Assembly (NCBI RefSeq): GCF_006345805.1
Contig: NC_043007.1
Span: 62,558,001-62,622,000 of the forward strand
Direction of reading: 5' to 3'
Length of the DNA: 64,000 bases
From: Octopus sinensis
Taxonomy: Eukaryota
The notes under the pieces were generated by a model. That model did no database searches, had not been told where the DNA came from, and was given only the letters and a program-made list of their open reading frames with translations. Position numbers and translations under genes: made by a program. Within the stretch, counting starts at the first letter, position 1, and the number at the start of each line of letters is the position of its first letter. Shown here piece after piece: positions 27,519-37,704 of this stretch.

Positions 27519-28732
27519 TATACACACACTATATATATATATATATAAATGCACACACAAACCCACACACGCAAATGTGTAAATGAGTTTGGTGCATTCA
27601 TATTTTAGTTTATAGATCCAAACCATGGCTCTTTAATTAGTATCAAATGGATTTGCTGAATCCCAGTTTAGATTACCACCCTTTTGATCCATAACAGCAG
27701 AGATTTGTTGGTATAGTTATATAGTTACTGGCTATTGATAAACACAAACGTGTGTGTAAAGCAAAGGTAATGGTTACCTTCTCAAGTCATGCTGACTCAT
27801 AAGGGTCAGTTTCTCGGTTTCAGGGCATGTAAATTCCCCACCGAGATGGGACGCCGGTCTGTCACAAGATTACTCAATTTTGCCAGCCGAGTAGACTGGG
27901 GCAATGTGAAATGAAGTGGTTTGCTCAAGAACACAATGCATTGCCTGGTCCAGGAATTTAAACCACAATCTTACGATTTTGAGTTAACACTCTAACCACT
28001 AAGCCACGTGTGTGTATTGGTACATATTACATGCTAAAATTTTTTCCAGTTTAGAAAATTATGCTTACAGTCAAAATGGATTGAATACTCATTAACAGCT
28101 GTTGAAAAAGTTTATAGGTAAAGCATTCCATATTTTGGTGCTATAATTAGCTATTTGTACATATTTTCCCATACGTTTAAAAAAATTATTTTCCAAAACT
28201 ATTAATATAAATACAACCTACCATTTTCATTGTGAAAGCCATTTGATGTACTTAACTCATCGTTCGGTTCCAGTGATGGAACAAGGTTGGAAATTGTGGA
28301 TGACATGCTGGATTGTCGTGAATGCTTGTTGCTGGATCCTGAAGATATCTTCTTTGTCTCATTGAGAAACTCAAACAAAGCATCATCAGAGTCTTTCTTT
28401 TTGCTGTTTCTCGTTGGGCTTGACGATACAGCATTTGAAAACTTCTTACTCTGTTTCAATGGAGTGCTCACCATTGAACTGTTTAGATCTGTGTTTGAAT
28501 TGTTCATGTCATTCAAATTGGAAGGAACACTATGTGAAGACCACAAAGAAGGTACTTTTGGTGCCTCCCATGTGTTCCCAGAGTGACCACTTTCAGAATT
28601 TGCATAATAGCTGTTTGCAATTGGTTTATTTGCCCTAGCAACTTCATCTTTGGTCAACGCTTCAGCTGCAGATTGATCAATTCGATTCAAGAAATCTTCT
28701 GCTTTCCCTGTTAAGTCAGAAAGCCATGACAT
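1468..28732 (-). CDS. GOLGA5: Golgin-84 / golgin subfamily A member 5, full spliced CDS, 14 coding exons, 724 aa
   Basis: join(complement): 28732-28222, 18162-17908, 15354-15135, 14293-14170, 14009-13913, 12155-12049, 10950-10783, 10171-10043, 9617-9519, 8377-8228, 6049-5974, 3951-3855, 2725-2662, 1545-1468. The exons sum to 2175 nt, every intron is GT-AG and phases match. N-terminus [23 protein letters not shown], central coiled coil, and C-terminal [39 protein letters not shown] tail anchor are typical of golgin-84. Confidence 0.96.
2662..2725 (-). CDS. GOLGA5: GOLGA5 coding exon 13 ([21 protein letters not shown])
   Basis: ttccag acceptor, ATG|gtaagt donor, 64 nt. Confidence 0.95.
3855..3951 (-). 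CDS. GOLGA5: GOLGA5 coding exon 12 (RQRLPLFL...NTIDKF)
   Basis: ttgtag acceptor, AG|gtaagt donor, 97 nt. Confidence 0.92.
4091..5336 (+). mobile_element. Full-length mariner (DD34D) relic, transposase disrupted
   Basis: TIRs TTGGGTCAACCCATAAATAATG / CATTATTTATGAGATGACCCAA, TA on both sides, 1246 bp; remnants [39 protein letters not shown]. Confidence 0.9.
5974..6049 (-). CDS. GOLGA5: GOLGA5 coding exon 11 (QQYKDVQ...NENED)
   Basis: tgacag acceptor, G|gtgagt donor, 76 nt. Confidence 0.88.
6709..7959 (+). mobile_element. Full-length mariner relic, second family (irritans-like), transposase disrupted
   Basis: TIRs CGAGATGGTATCAAAAAGTTCCTGGACTAGTTATGT / ACATAACTAGTCTGGGAACGTTTTGATACCACCTCG, TA flanks, 1251 bp; remnants [31 protein letters not shown]. 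Confidence 0.88.
8228..8377 (-). CDS. GOLGA5: GOLGA5 coding exon 10 (LMTKSLH...QLERLE)
   Basis: ttatag acceptor, GAG|gtatga donor, 150 nt; contains [22 protein letters not shown]. Confidence 0.94.
9519..9617 (-). CDS. GOLGA5: GOLGA5 coding exon 9 (ELHYTLEE...NLKNQ)
   Basis: atccag acceptor, CAG|gtaaga donor, 99 nt. Confidence 0.92.
10043..10171 (-). CDS. GOLGA5: GOLGA5 coding exon 8 (DIESQLH...LLKQKK)
   Basis: ttgaag acceptor after a pyrimidine tract, AAG|gtgagc donor, 129 nt. Confidence 0.9.
10783..10950 (-). CDS. GOLGA5: GOLGA5 coding exon 7 ([10 protein letters not shown]...KVELQ)
   Basis: ctacag acceptor, CAG|gttagt donor, 168 nt. Confidence 0.93.
11576..11870. mobile_element. Palindromic non-autonomous Penelope-like terminus with two inverted HHR motifs
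   Basis: About 130-bp inverted arms around a central hairpin; HHR motifs at 11749-11794 (+) and 11625-11670 (-). Confidence 0.6.
11749..11794 (+). ncRNA. Minimal Penelope-type hammerhead motif, helix III mutated
   Basis: GACAC-CUGAUGA-A-GGCUG..CAGCC-GAAA-AGUU^GUGUU; consensus inferred from four copies is GAAACGUU. Confidence 0.6.
12049..12155 (-). CDS. GOLGA5: GOLGA5 coding exon 6 (KSADLTQQ...ASRILQ)
   Basis: ttgtag acceptor, CAG|gtcagt donor, 107 nt; contains [15 protein letters not shown]. Confidence 0.93.
13913..14009 (-). CDS. GOLGA5: GOLGA5 coding exon 5 (AEASERQ...MNDEK)
   Basis: ttttag acceptor, G|gtagta donor, 97 nt. Confidence 0.9.
14170..14293 (-). CDS. GOLGA5: GOLGA5 coding exon 4 ([10 protein letters not shown]...AYQKVQ)
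   Basis: catacag acceptor, CAG|gtaaga donor, 124 nt. Confidence 0.93.
15135..15354 (-). CDS. GOLGA5: GOLGA5 coding exon 3 (ELEAALKK...EKENNR)
   Basis: tgtcag acceptor, CG|gtattt donor, 220 nt; contains [16 protein letters not shown]. Confidence 0.93.
15370..15630. repeat. (TA)n-rich microsatellite
   Basis: Directly visible, with a pure (TA)n run at about 15568-15630. Confidence 0.95.
15836..15934 (-). ncRNA. Type I hammerhead ribozyme motif, canonical core, weak helices I and III
   Basis: CACA-CUGAUGA-GAAUGACAAUGCA..UGUAUUGUCUUUU-GAAA-CUUGUG-UA^UGU; 13-position helix II with one mismatch. Confidence 0.62.
16666..17092 (-). mobile_element. AT-rich HHR-bearing element with about 110-bp inverted terminal duplication
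   Basis: 16666-16778 is the reverse complement of about 16980-17092; the 3' end TTCTCTAA(A/T)TTATATA resembles that of the 41.5-41.78 kb copy. Confidence 0.6.
16816..16921 (-). ncRNA. Type I hammerhead ribozyme motif, canonical core, sense strand of GOLGA5 intron
   Basis: UAGAC-CUGAUGA-GUGACUAUAUUUU..AAAAUAUAGCCAC-GAAA-CGCGUG-UA^GUCAA; same family as the 41549 motif. Confidence 0.78.
17908..18162 (-). CDS. GOLGA5: GOLGA5 coding exon 2 (DVPDLES...RAKSSEN)
   Basis: tctcag acceptor, G|gtatgt donor, 255 nt, phase 1-1. Confidence 0.92.
19675..19852 (+). mobile_element. Penelope-terminus-like repeat with degenerate HHR-like fold (copy 1)
   Basis: UCUUU-CUGUGGA-A-GAGC..GCUC-GAAA-CAUA-AAAGA at 19726-19763; homologous to 32515-32700. 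Confidence 0.45.
20110..20380 (+). mobile_element. maT/Tc1-like transposase fragment
   Basis: [20 protein letters not shown] motif. Confidence 0.7.
20671..21720 (-). mobile_element. Helitron-like relic with ~310-bp internal tandem duplication; 5' boundary uncertain
   Basis: CTAG|T end at 20671-20674 next to a GC-rich hairpin; repeat units at about 20773-21075 and 21089-21380. Confidence 0.55.
22421..24846. mobile_element. Composite non-autonomous DNA element (Kolobok-like ends) containing nested foldbacks
   Basis: TIR GAAGAGTGGTCCCGGT..GCTAGCTAGTCGTGA.TAGTCGATCCT at both ends; TTAA on the left and TTAG on the right. Confidence 0.7.
22527..23286. mobile_element. 760-bp foldback element with internal telomere-like repeats
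   Basis: About 370-bp inverted arms, loop at 22901-22908; ends GGATCTTTTCCTTTTGAACGGC; CCCTAA/TTAGGG-like tracts. Confidence 0.8.
26397..26489 (+). ncRNA. Type I hammerhead ribozyme motif, canonical core (different family)
   Basis: UAUCU-CUGAAGA-GCAGAAG..CCUCUGU-GAAA-CGAUCG-UA^AGAUG; helix III palindrome ACGAUCGU; 5-bp helix I. Confidence 0.78.
28222..28732 (-). CDS. GOLGA5: GOLGA5 coding exon 1 ([10 protein letters not shown]...GFHNEN)
   Basis: Acceptor tttcag at 28743, ATG at 28732, donor G|gtaggt; ends phase 1. Confidence 0.93.
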
Positions 28733-30231
28733 TTTCTTTCTGCTGAAATATAAAAACAAAATGTTTTAATGTGACATCATCACCATCAAAATCATAATTA
28801 TTGAATTTTAACATAGACACAAGGCCCCAAATTTGGGCAAAAGATGTAATCAATCAAGATTGACTCTGGTTCATAATAATTATCAACACTATCATTGAAT
28901 ACAATGTGTAACAAAATTTTTTTTTATTTTTGTCTTTGGTCAGTAAGTGTTATTTCCTATTTGCTTCTATCAAGAAATCAAAGGAAATCACTATTATTCC
29001 CTTCAAGCTTGGCTTTTGGCACCTGGACATCAATGTTTTGAAACTGACTTATTTTCCATTACATTTCAGACAGGTTCAGTGCTGAGTTGCTGAAGCAGAA
29101 ATATCATTATAGCAAATATTCTGCTCACTACCACAGATTTGCTTATCAGTTGTTTGATCTTAACCACTTGATCATGTCTCTTAGTGGCTGACAATATGTG
29201 CATCTCTGATCATGAGCAGTAGTAGTTGGGGAGCATCATAGCTATGTATTGAGAGGTATTCTTTGGGGTCTGAATAAATCTTATACAAAAGCAAAGTTTG
29301 AAAGAAATATTAGCCATTTTTCATACTTTCTAGGGGAAAGCAAATAAGAAATAACAGTTGTTGCCCAAGGACAAAAATCATGTTACTCAGTGTTATCTTT
29401 TACCCAAAGTTACAAAATTCAAAACCTTCAGAATTCAAAACTTGTTTGAGTAAAGCAGCACCACAAGTGAGAATTGTTCAGAGAGGTTTTGAAAAAAGTG
29501 TTCTTTGTAGATGAGTGTAAAATGAAAGTATAAAATTGGCTGTGAAAAGTCATTTTTATGAGGATGACAAACTAATGTGAAAATGTAATAGATAGATTTG
29601 CTTTGGTGATAAGTGAAAAGTTCCCAAAAGTGAATCTTATGTAAAACTAAACTGGACAAATACCCATAAATATATGAAATGTAAATGGGTAGTGTTTAGA
29701 CATGCATCTCATATCCAAGCCACCACATTTTATAGATGCAAACATACAATAATGCTGAACTCAGAAAAAATCATAACCCAAAACTTCCAATGCCAAGCAT
29801 TTTAGATAAGGAATTATCAGCTATATATTCAACAGATCCAGTTGCTACATTTAAGTGGAATGACTGAATTTGTATATTTTCTGCAAGATGATAGATTTTT
29901 CAGTAACAGTAGAAAGCTAAGGTGGATGTTTTAATACAATTTGAAGCAGCAGCATCATCTTTTAATCTCTCATGTTGATGTGAATTGTATGATTTGATAA
30001 GATCCAGCAAATCAGAAAACTGCATTGAGTTCCAATCTCTACTTTGATATGGTTTCTGCAACTGATGCTCTTCTTATTGCTAGTCACTTTACAGAGCAGA
30101 CTAGTTGCTTTTTTTGTGACACCATCACTAGTGAGGTCACAATATAGCTCACAAGACTAAGATCCTCATCCACTGAGTGGGACTGCAATAGAGAGAGGGG
30201 CAGATTTATGCAAGGTAATGAAAGGTTAAAA

Positions 30232-30474
30232 TAGTAGTTTTCAACTGGGGTCCATATAAAATGGGGATGGGGGGGAGGCGCAAGCAAAATAGTAAATTGG
30301 GGACCCACAGTATTTTGGTTCAAACTACACGAGTTAATGAATGAAAATCAAAACAGGAATTTTGAAAGACGTATCTACAAAACTAATTTTTATAAGTGAA
30401 ATAGCTATGAGGGTCTACCAGAGTAAAATGGTAATCAAAGGGGTCCATAGGTCAAAAATGGTTGAGAATCACTG
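30232..30474. mobile_element. hAT-type MITE
   Basis: Degenerate CAGTGGTTCTCAAC-type TIRs (tagtagttttcaac / gttgagaatcactg). Confidence 0.6.
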
Positions 30475-31234
30475 GATTAGAATATGAAGGAAGGGGCCAG
30501 AAGAGGTTTCTAACTGTAGAGGAGATACATAAATGCTCACATTATACAAGTGTAGGTAGGAGTAATTAGTGTTGAACTAGAAAGAGGGATGAAGATGATG
30601 GCGACAAGGTATCAGGGTGGCATAAGGGTCAAAAGAATAGTGGAAACAAGAATGTATGGAGAGAGTGAAGGATAGTAAGAGCAAGCTCAAGAAGTGAATA
30701 AATAACAATGCAGCTTCTCTTTCACCTTCAACATTTAAACCAGCCACGTCCAGCCCAAATTCTACCTGTTTTACATTCATATTGGCTATATCTAGCCCCT
30801 CACAACTATCCTACACTGACATTCTAAAAATAAACAATCGCATCATCGAAAGTTCAAAACTATGAGATAATGCATCTTCTTATGATAAAAGGCAGATTTT
30901 CTCTGCCTCTGACTACGTTTGTTTTTAATACAATCGTACAATATAGAATTTCTTCAATTGGAATTTACCTATGATTTTTCAAAGTAGATTCCATTGGGTC
31001 ATGGCATATACATTTTTTTCAATTTCACCCCCAATTAAGCAAAAATTCGAGGAAACTCAATATTTTACGATTTGCCTCTCTCATTTCAAATGCTTTACTC
31101 CTGCTATTACCACACTTTCTCCTACTTTCTCTTTGCAAGTGTATACCACTATCATATCCTCTTTCTGCAACTCTTATTCAACATCACACATTCTGCTACT
31201 TTCTCTTATTAATGCTTAAACCAATCCTCAAAAA

Positions 31235-31525
31235 AAAGGAAACAGAGATCTGTCGCTAACTTTTGATAGTATTCATTGGCGAGCGTACTTCAGTTGTCAA
31301 TTGTTGAAAGAAAGAAATTGTAAGCTAAGAAGGTGTGTGTGTGTGTGTGTGTGTGTGTGTAGGAAATGAAGGATAAAAATATGGCAAGAAGTGGACAGAT
31401 GTACAAATATACATACAAAAAGAATGGAAACAGAGATCTGTCGCTAACTTTTGGTAGTATTCATTGGTGAACGTACTTCAGTTGTCGATTGTTGAAAGAA
31501 AGAAATTGTAAGCTAAGAAGGTGTG
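31235..31525 (+). repeat. About 105-bp direct repeat, period about 190 bp, around (GT)n
   Basis: ggaaacagagatctgtcgctaacttttg...gctaagaaggtgtgtg occurs at about 31238 and 31426. Confidence 0.85.
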
Positions 31526-31544
31526 TGCATGCATGTGTGTGTTA

Positions 31545-31932
31545 TCTCTCTCTATATAAAGCTGAAGTTGTCTGTGTGCGGCAGGTTTGGTAGCCTTCAA
31601 CATTATCTCCTCTGAGACCCTGCGGCGCAAGTTGACCAAAATTGAGAGTATGATAGAAGAAGGGTTGCTCTTCCTTCCGTAGAAGATAGAATTCAAATCG
31701 GACCATGTTAACACCAAAAATTATTTACATCAAAAATGTGCTTTTTTCTATGAAAATCCCTATTTTTTTACAATTTTTTCACTGCTGTGTCACCACTTTT
31801 CGGTGTATTTCAACCAGAAAAATGTTCACTTGAAGAGAATAACAAGCTACATAATGCAAAATTTTTACTTTTCAAAAATTCCAATTCCAGCGGGTCGAAA
31901 CAAACCCGAGCAACGCCGGTCGATACTGCTAG
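31545..31932 (+). mobile_element. Non-autonomous Helitron
   Basis: A|TC 5' end (TCTCTCTCTATATAAAG), GC-rich subterminal hairpin CGGGT..ACCCG, CTAG|T 3' end. Confidence 0.75.
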
Positions 31933-32514
31933 TGATTAATACAAAACAATATGAATGAATAAGCATTACATTTGACAGAGTAATCTAAATGGTAAAGGGT
32001 TCAATAAAGAATATAGTATGACAACAGAAAAAAAAATTAGAACAGATTATGGCAAGAAGAGGTGTTCTTTCCCAAGGGTCACATCATGATGACAAGACAG
32101 TGAATTGGCAGAGTCATGAGAGCATCAAAGTGAAAGCTCTATGGTATTCATTCCAGCTCTCTGCATTCCGAGTTCAAATCTAGCTGAGATCAACTCTTCC
32201 TTCTGTGATTGTGTGTGTGTGGGGGGGTCTTGCATATGTGTTTGTGCCTCCTTGTCTTGACACTGCACAATAATCTTTTTATATGGTTTACTTTTTAAAT
32301 CATTTTACATGAGCTCTACATTTTTTGACACAGTTTAAAGCAGTTCTGTTTATTTTTGTATTTGAAAGTTCCTACTGCTGCTTTCTATGTCTTATAATGC
32401 TCAAAGGCTTTATGTTCATATATTTTGATGATCAAATTATTTTTGTCTTTTTTATCATTGGTAAATCTAATCAATATTTACAATATGCTATGTATCATCA
32501 ATATATATCTATAT

Positions 32515-32700
32515 GTAGAGAATTCACAAAAAAAACAAAAGACGCAGACAGGTGGTGTAGACAACAAACAGATGTATTAGTATAACACTCGGGAAATGAA
32601 AAAGTCTTTAACGTTTCAAGCCAACACTCTTCCATAGAAAGGAACACAGAAAGAAACAAGGAGAGAAAATAAAGAATGTGTAGTTGGGAATGATCTATCA
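32515..32700 (-). mobile_element. Penelope-terminus-like repeat with degenerate HHR-like fold (copy 2)
   Basis: Reverse-complement homolog of 19675-19852; retains GAAACGUU. Confidence 0.45.
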
Positions 32701-32701
32701 T

Positions 32702-35085
32702 AATAATAATAATAATAATAATTGTGTACAGTGCTCAGGTGCACTACAACTCATCTAAAGTGTATATATAATCAGGTGTAGTTTCGACGGATTTCGGGAA
32801 GCATGAGGGCCTTAAAGGATGCAGTGTCATGGCAGTCAACAACTGATGCAGGCAGTTTATTCCACGCTTCAGCAACCCTGAGCGTGAAAAAATGTTTCCG
32901 AAAGTCATGGGAGCTGTGCTGTTTTCTGACTTTGTAGGCATGTCCACGTGTGTTAGACACATGGAGATCAAAAAGGTGTTCAGTGTTGTTGTTGGTGAGG
33001 TGGTTGATAACCTTGTGGGTGTTTACCAAGTCCGTCGCTAGACGCCGGAGCTTCAGTGAATCCATGCCCAGGGAAACAAGGCGCTCAGAATATGGTAGGT
33101 GTCTGATGGAGGGTATGCGTTTGGTTGCACGTCTCTGGACAGATTCCAGGAGGTCAATGTTCTGAGCAAGATAGGGATTCCAAACTGATGATGCGAATTC
33201 CAAGTGTGGTCGTACCATAGCTGTATACAGTTTTAAATAGATGGCTGGAGAGCGGCTAACAAAAGTCTTGCTGAGTGATGCCAAGACACCCTCGGCCTTC
33301 TTGACAATTTTAGAGATATGCTTTGTCCAACGCAAATCACTGCTGACAGTGATGCCTAGGTCATGCTCACAAGAGGATTTCTTGATATCAGTGTTGTGGA
33401 GGGAGTATGTGGACGCAGGGTTTTTTCTCCCAAAATGCATGGTGGTACACTTGTCCACAGCCAGTTTCAGTTGCCAGTCTGTGATCCATTGCTGCATTGT
33501 GTCTAGGTCTGATTGCAGGAAAGAGTTGTAGACATCAGGATCAGTCCTCTTGATTTCAAGGTACAGCTTGATGTCGTCTGCATATTTCAATACTGTGGCA
33601 TTCTTTAAATTGGCATCTATGTCATTAATGTATGCCACAAACAGGAGGGGACCAAGGACAGATCCCTGTGGTACACCCGATGACATCTCATATGGTGTAG
33701 AGTGCTGTCCTAGAACTGTGACTACCTCCTTTCGGCTGAGGATGAAGGATTTCAACCAGTTAAAAAGGTCATCCCCCACACCCATTGCAGAGAGTTTCAC
33801 CATAAGCCTTTTGTGTGGCACAGAGTTGAAAGCCTTAGCAAAGTCAAGGTAGACAACATCCACCCATGAGCCACTGTCAGTGATCTGAGTAATGTCCTCA
33901 AGGAACTCGACAAGCTGGTCACTGCAGCTGGAGTTAGGGACAAATCCATATTGTGAGGGTCGGATGAGACTGTGAGAGCTCCAGAAGTTCCAGAGTGTTT
34001 CTCTGACACACGATTCCATCAGTTTTGCAATACAGCTAGTGAGACTGACTGGGCGATAGTTGACAGGTGATGTGCAGTCACCCTTTTTGAACAGAGGAAT
34101 GACACTGGCAGTTTTCCACTGCTCCGGAGTAGCACCATTGTTGAGACAGTACTGGAAGAAAATAGAAAGCTGGTGTAAAAGGAAGTGCCTGCCACGTTTG
34201 AGAAACAGGTATGTAACTCCATCGAGACCAGGGGAGGCATCATCATCATCATCATCATCATCGTTTAACGTCCGCTTTCCATGCTAGCATGGGTTGGACG
34301 GTTCAACTGGGGTCTGGCAAGCCCGAAGGCTGCACCAGGCCAGTCAGATCTGGCAGTGTTTCTACAGCTGGATGCCCTTCCTAACGCCAACCACTCCGAG
34401 AGTGTAGTGGGTGATTTTATGTGCCACCGACACAGGTGCCAGACGAGGCTGGCAGACGGCCACGCTCGGATGGTGTTTTTTATGTGCCACCGACACAGGT
34501 GCCAGACGGGGCTGGCGGACGGCCACGCTCGGATGGTGTTTGTTATGTGCCCTCAGCACGGAGGCCAGTCGTTGCGGTACTGGCTACGATCACGTTCGGA
34601 TGGTTTTCTTATGTGCCACCGGCACTGGTACCACAAGGATACAAATTCCATTGATGTTCATCTATTTTGATTTGGTTCGATTTGATTATTTTGAAGGTGA
34701 CGTCGCAGCATTGCAGGTGTAAATTCCATAGTTGTTATGGAGTTTGCTGTTAGTGATGGTGAAGATGGTACATTTTGACTTTCGACAGTGAATATGTTTG
34801 CATAGCACTCGGCAATGAGTTCTGCGCATTCCTTGGGGTCGTCAGTGATCTGGTTCGTGTGAGGGTTGCGAAGAGGGCCCACTGGAGAGTGAGGTCTCTG
34901 CTTTGAATGCACATATTTCCAGAAAACCTTGCTGTCAGGATTGGCTGCTATGCACTGTTCAAATTCAAGCACTGCATTTTTTGTCACTTGCTTGAGATGG
35001 TTGGAGGATTTATTCCGCTTCTTCCTGTTGGTGTCTGATTTATGCAACTTGTATTCCTGTTCAGCAGTCCGACGTTCCTTCATGG
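32702..35085 (-). mobile_element. 5'-truncated CR1-clade LINE, ORF2 remnant, split by an insertion at about 34241-34688
   Basis: Open frame 34238-32772 (SPGLDG, NYRPVSLTS, YLDFAKAF, GVPQGSVLGP, YADD, VQRRATK, NTRGH); upstream linker 35083-34690 (KVFWKYV, VGPL, CAELIAECYANIFT); (ATT)n tail at 32702-32723. Confidence 0.92.
34241..34688 (-). mobile_element. Young (TGA)n-tailed RTE-type short element with internal ~60-bp tandem repeats
   Basis: Near-identical to 41785-41985 and similar to 21993-22380, 11281-11410 and 43960-44140; GTGGCACATAAAA repeat units. Confidence 0.7.
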
Positions 35086-35418
35086 CAAAATATATCTATA
35101 TGTAATTGTATATACACTTATTCTACTATTAATTATTCTGCTTCATTAATTCCACAACATTCCACTATTATCTTCCATATTCAACTTTAGCCTATTTACT
35201 TATTTTACAGCATGCATGTATTTCTTGATTTAAGCAGAACAAAAAAAACAAAAAAACAGAAGAAATTTGAAATTACAGATGGAAAATACAGAAGGCCAAA
35301 GTGTGTTGGTGTCCCCTCATGTCTATACAGGAAATATTGTTCTTCAGGAACTTTTACAGTGAATGTGAATAATAATGCTTATTTTGTACATTTGTAGCCT
35401 TGACATGGAATGTGTTAA

Positions 35419-36505
35419 CCCTTTCATTACTATATTTCTGACCAAAATACACCCCTCATGAGTTTCAATTAAATTCTAAAATAATCATGAATCTAGGCTT
35501 GTTTCATTAAGTAACTGTAACTTTTTTACTTATCAACATATTAATGTGATATTTGGAACATAATTAAAGAAAGGGTTCTTAATCAATTCTATTGCATAAC
35601 TTTTGTCTCAAAGTGACTTTAATTACAGGTAAATCCAGGTAAATTGAGCAAAAGGTAAAAATATTAAAATTTTAAATTGACAACATCACCATAGAAAATA
35701 AATCATCAGCTAATATTCAAATGGGTATGAAACAAAATTTTGATGAAGAAGAATTGTGCACATCACTATATCATCAGTTGAATTTAATGCACAACAGGTG
35801 TACCATAAAGGTGGAATAAAGTGAAATACTGGAATCCACTGTAAGTTTGACCGAACTAAAGAAATCGGTCAAAAAATAATATACGGCCCTGGTTATGGTA
35901 TGGAAGTGATAAATTCCAGACCACATCGTTCCCTAGGCCATGCTGACTAACATTATTTTCCCTGTATAAAAACTAAATCCATGCAGTACCCAGTATTTGC
36001 TTCACAAATTTTCCGAAATTTGAACCCCCATTTTGTGTTTGTTTACATTCTGCGTAAGTTTGTTTCCACATTGATCGCTTCAAACAATAACTTCCAGACC
36101 ACATCATACCCTAAGCCATGCTGACTAACATTAGTTTCCCTGTATAAAAACTAAATCCACAACAGTACCCAGTATTTGCTTCACAAATTTTCCAATTTGG
36201 AATCAATGCTTGATAACATGAAACTCCTATCCATTTTCAAAGTTGAAGAAAAATCGATGCCGAAAAAAATGTGGAAAAAAATCTCCCAAAATTCAGGGAA
36301 TTAAAATTACACGTTGATCGTAGTACAAAACTGTCGATGAACTGTTTACGAAGCATAATCACGTGTTTTCACGAATGTACTAAAGAGATTTGCTCTGATA
36401 TTCTCATTTAAATATGAATAGGTAAATTCGGGCGGCTTTGGGCAGTTTGGTCACATTAACCAAAATTTTTTTCGGGTGGCTTTGGGCGGTTTGGTAACGA
36501 AAGGG
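35419..36505. mobile_element. piggyBac-type non-autonomous element
   Basis: TTAA-CCCTTTCATTAC ... GTAACGAAAGGG-TTAA; internal ~100-bp direct repeat. Confidence 0.8.
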
Positions 36506-36604
36506 TTAAATATGTTTATGCTGCTTTTGCATAAACCAAACCTGCTTTCTTTTGAAAACCTTAAGGAAAGGTATGTAACATGTTTGTAAGATCATGTACT
36601 CAGA

Positions 36605-36985
36605 TGTAGGAATGGCTGTGTGGTAAGTAGCTTGCTTACCAACCACATGATTCCAGGTTCAGTCCCACTGCATGGCACCTTGGGCAAGGGTCTTCTACTA
36701 TAGCCTCGGACCAACCAAAGCCTTGTGAGTGGATTTGGTAGACGGAAACTGAAAGAAGCCCATCATGTGTGTGTGTATCTTCATATTTGCGTTTGTCTCC
36801 CTCCACTGATTAACAACTGGTGTTGGTGTGTTTACGTCCTTGCAACTTAGTGGTTCAGCAAGAAAAGACCAATATAAGTAACTGCCTTTAAAAAGAATCC
36901 TGGTGTCAATTTGTTCAACTAAAACCCTTCAAGACAGTGCCTCAGCATGGCCACGGTCAAATGATTGAAACTAGTAAAAGATAAA
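36605..36985 (+). mobile_element. tRNA-derived CORE-like SINE, representative full copy
   Basis: GGCTGTGTGGTAAG A-box, GGTTCAGTCCC B-box, CCTTGGGCAAG core; other copies at 12240-12530, 26830-27195, 19340-19650, 45095-45245, 46100-46270, 48400-48975. Confidence 0.75.
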
Positions 36986-37673
36986 ATATGTATAAATATG
37001 CATATATTTTTGTAATCTTAAATTCATCTACACAACATTTGTGAAATTAGGCAGAGCGTTTATTGTAGAAAATAACAATGTAGAATAATGAGAGACTCAC
37101 TGACTTCAACATATTGTACATATTAAAAATAATTCAAACCTGTATAATATTTGGTTAGTCCACGTTACTCTATAAGGAGTATAAGGCAAGATGCCTGGTT
37201 TCTCTGGCATACAAAAACCATATTCCTCCCTGGATGGGATGCCAGTCCATTGCAGGATTACTCATTTTTACCAACTGAGTAATTGTAGTAACATGAAATG
37301 ATGCATTTTGTTCAAGAACACAATGCATCACCCAGTTCAGGAATTAAAACTACAATTTTACGATCATGAGTCCAACACCCTAACCATTAAGCCATGTACC
37401 TCCACTGTATAATATTAGAGTAGTGATAAATATAACTTATTTTTCAGTTATTTTAGCATATTTATTTACATCCTCATATTCTCATTAGCAACTTTCATCA
37501 TGTACATTTTTCAACAACGCCTCCAATTGGAAAACCTGAATATTCAAACATACAAACCAAAATATTGTAATTATTACAAAGTTTACTAAAACACCCACAT
37601 TCGTTATTGATGGCTTGGGTACTCTAGTGTGTATATATATGTATATAATATTATATATGTGTACTGTGTATGA

Positions 37674-37704
<31 letters not shown>

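Noticed and set aside
32950-33852. Plus-strand ORFs overlapping the CR1 RT (and antisense ORFs over the RTE relics)
   Set aside because: Shadow frames of LINE coding sequence with no independent evidence.
34405-34625. CRISPR-like appearance of the ~60-bp repeats
   Set aside because: Contiguous tandem units without unique spacers, inside a eukaryotic retro-derived repeat; no cas genes.
36605-36680. tRNA gene candidates here and at other SINE heads
   Set aside because: A and B boxes are present, but they run into SINE core sequence and I could not form a complete cloverleaf.
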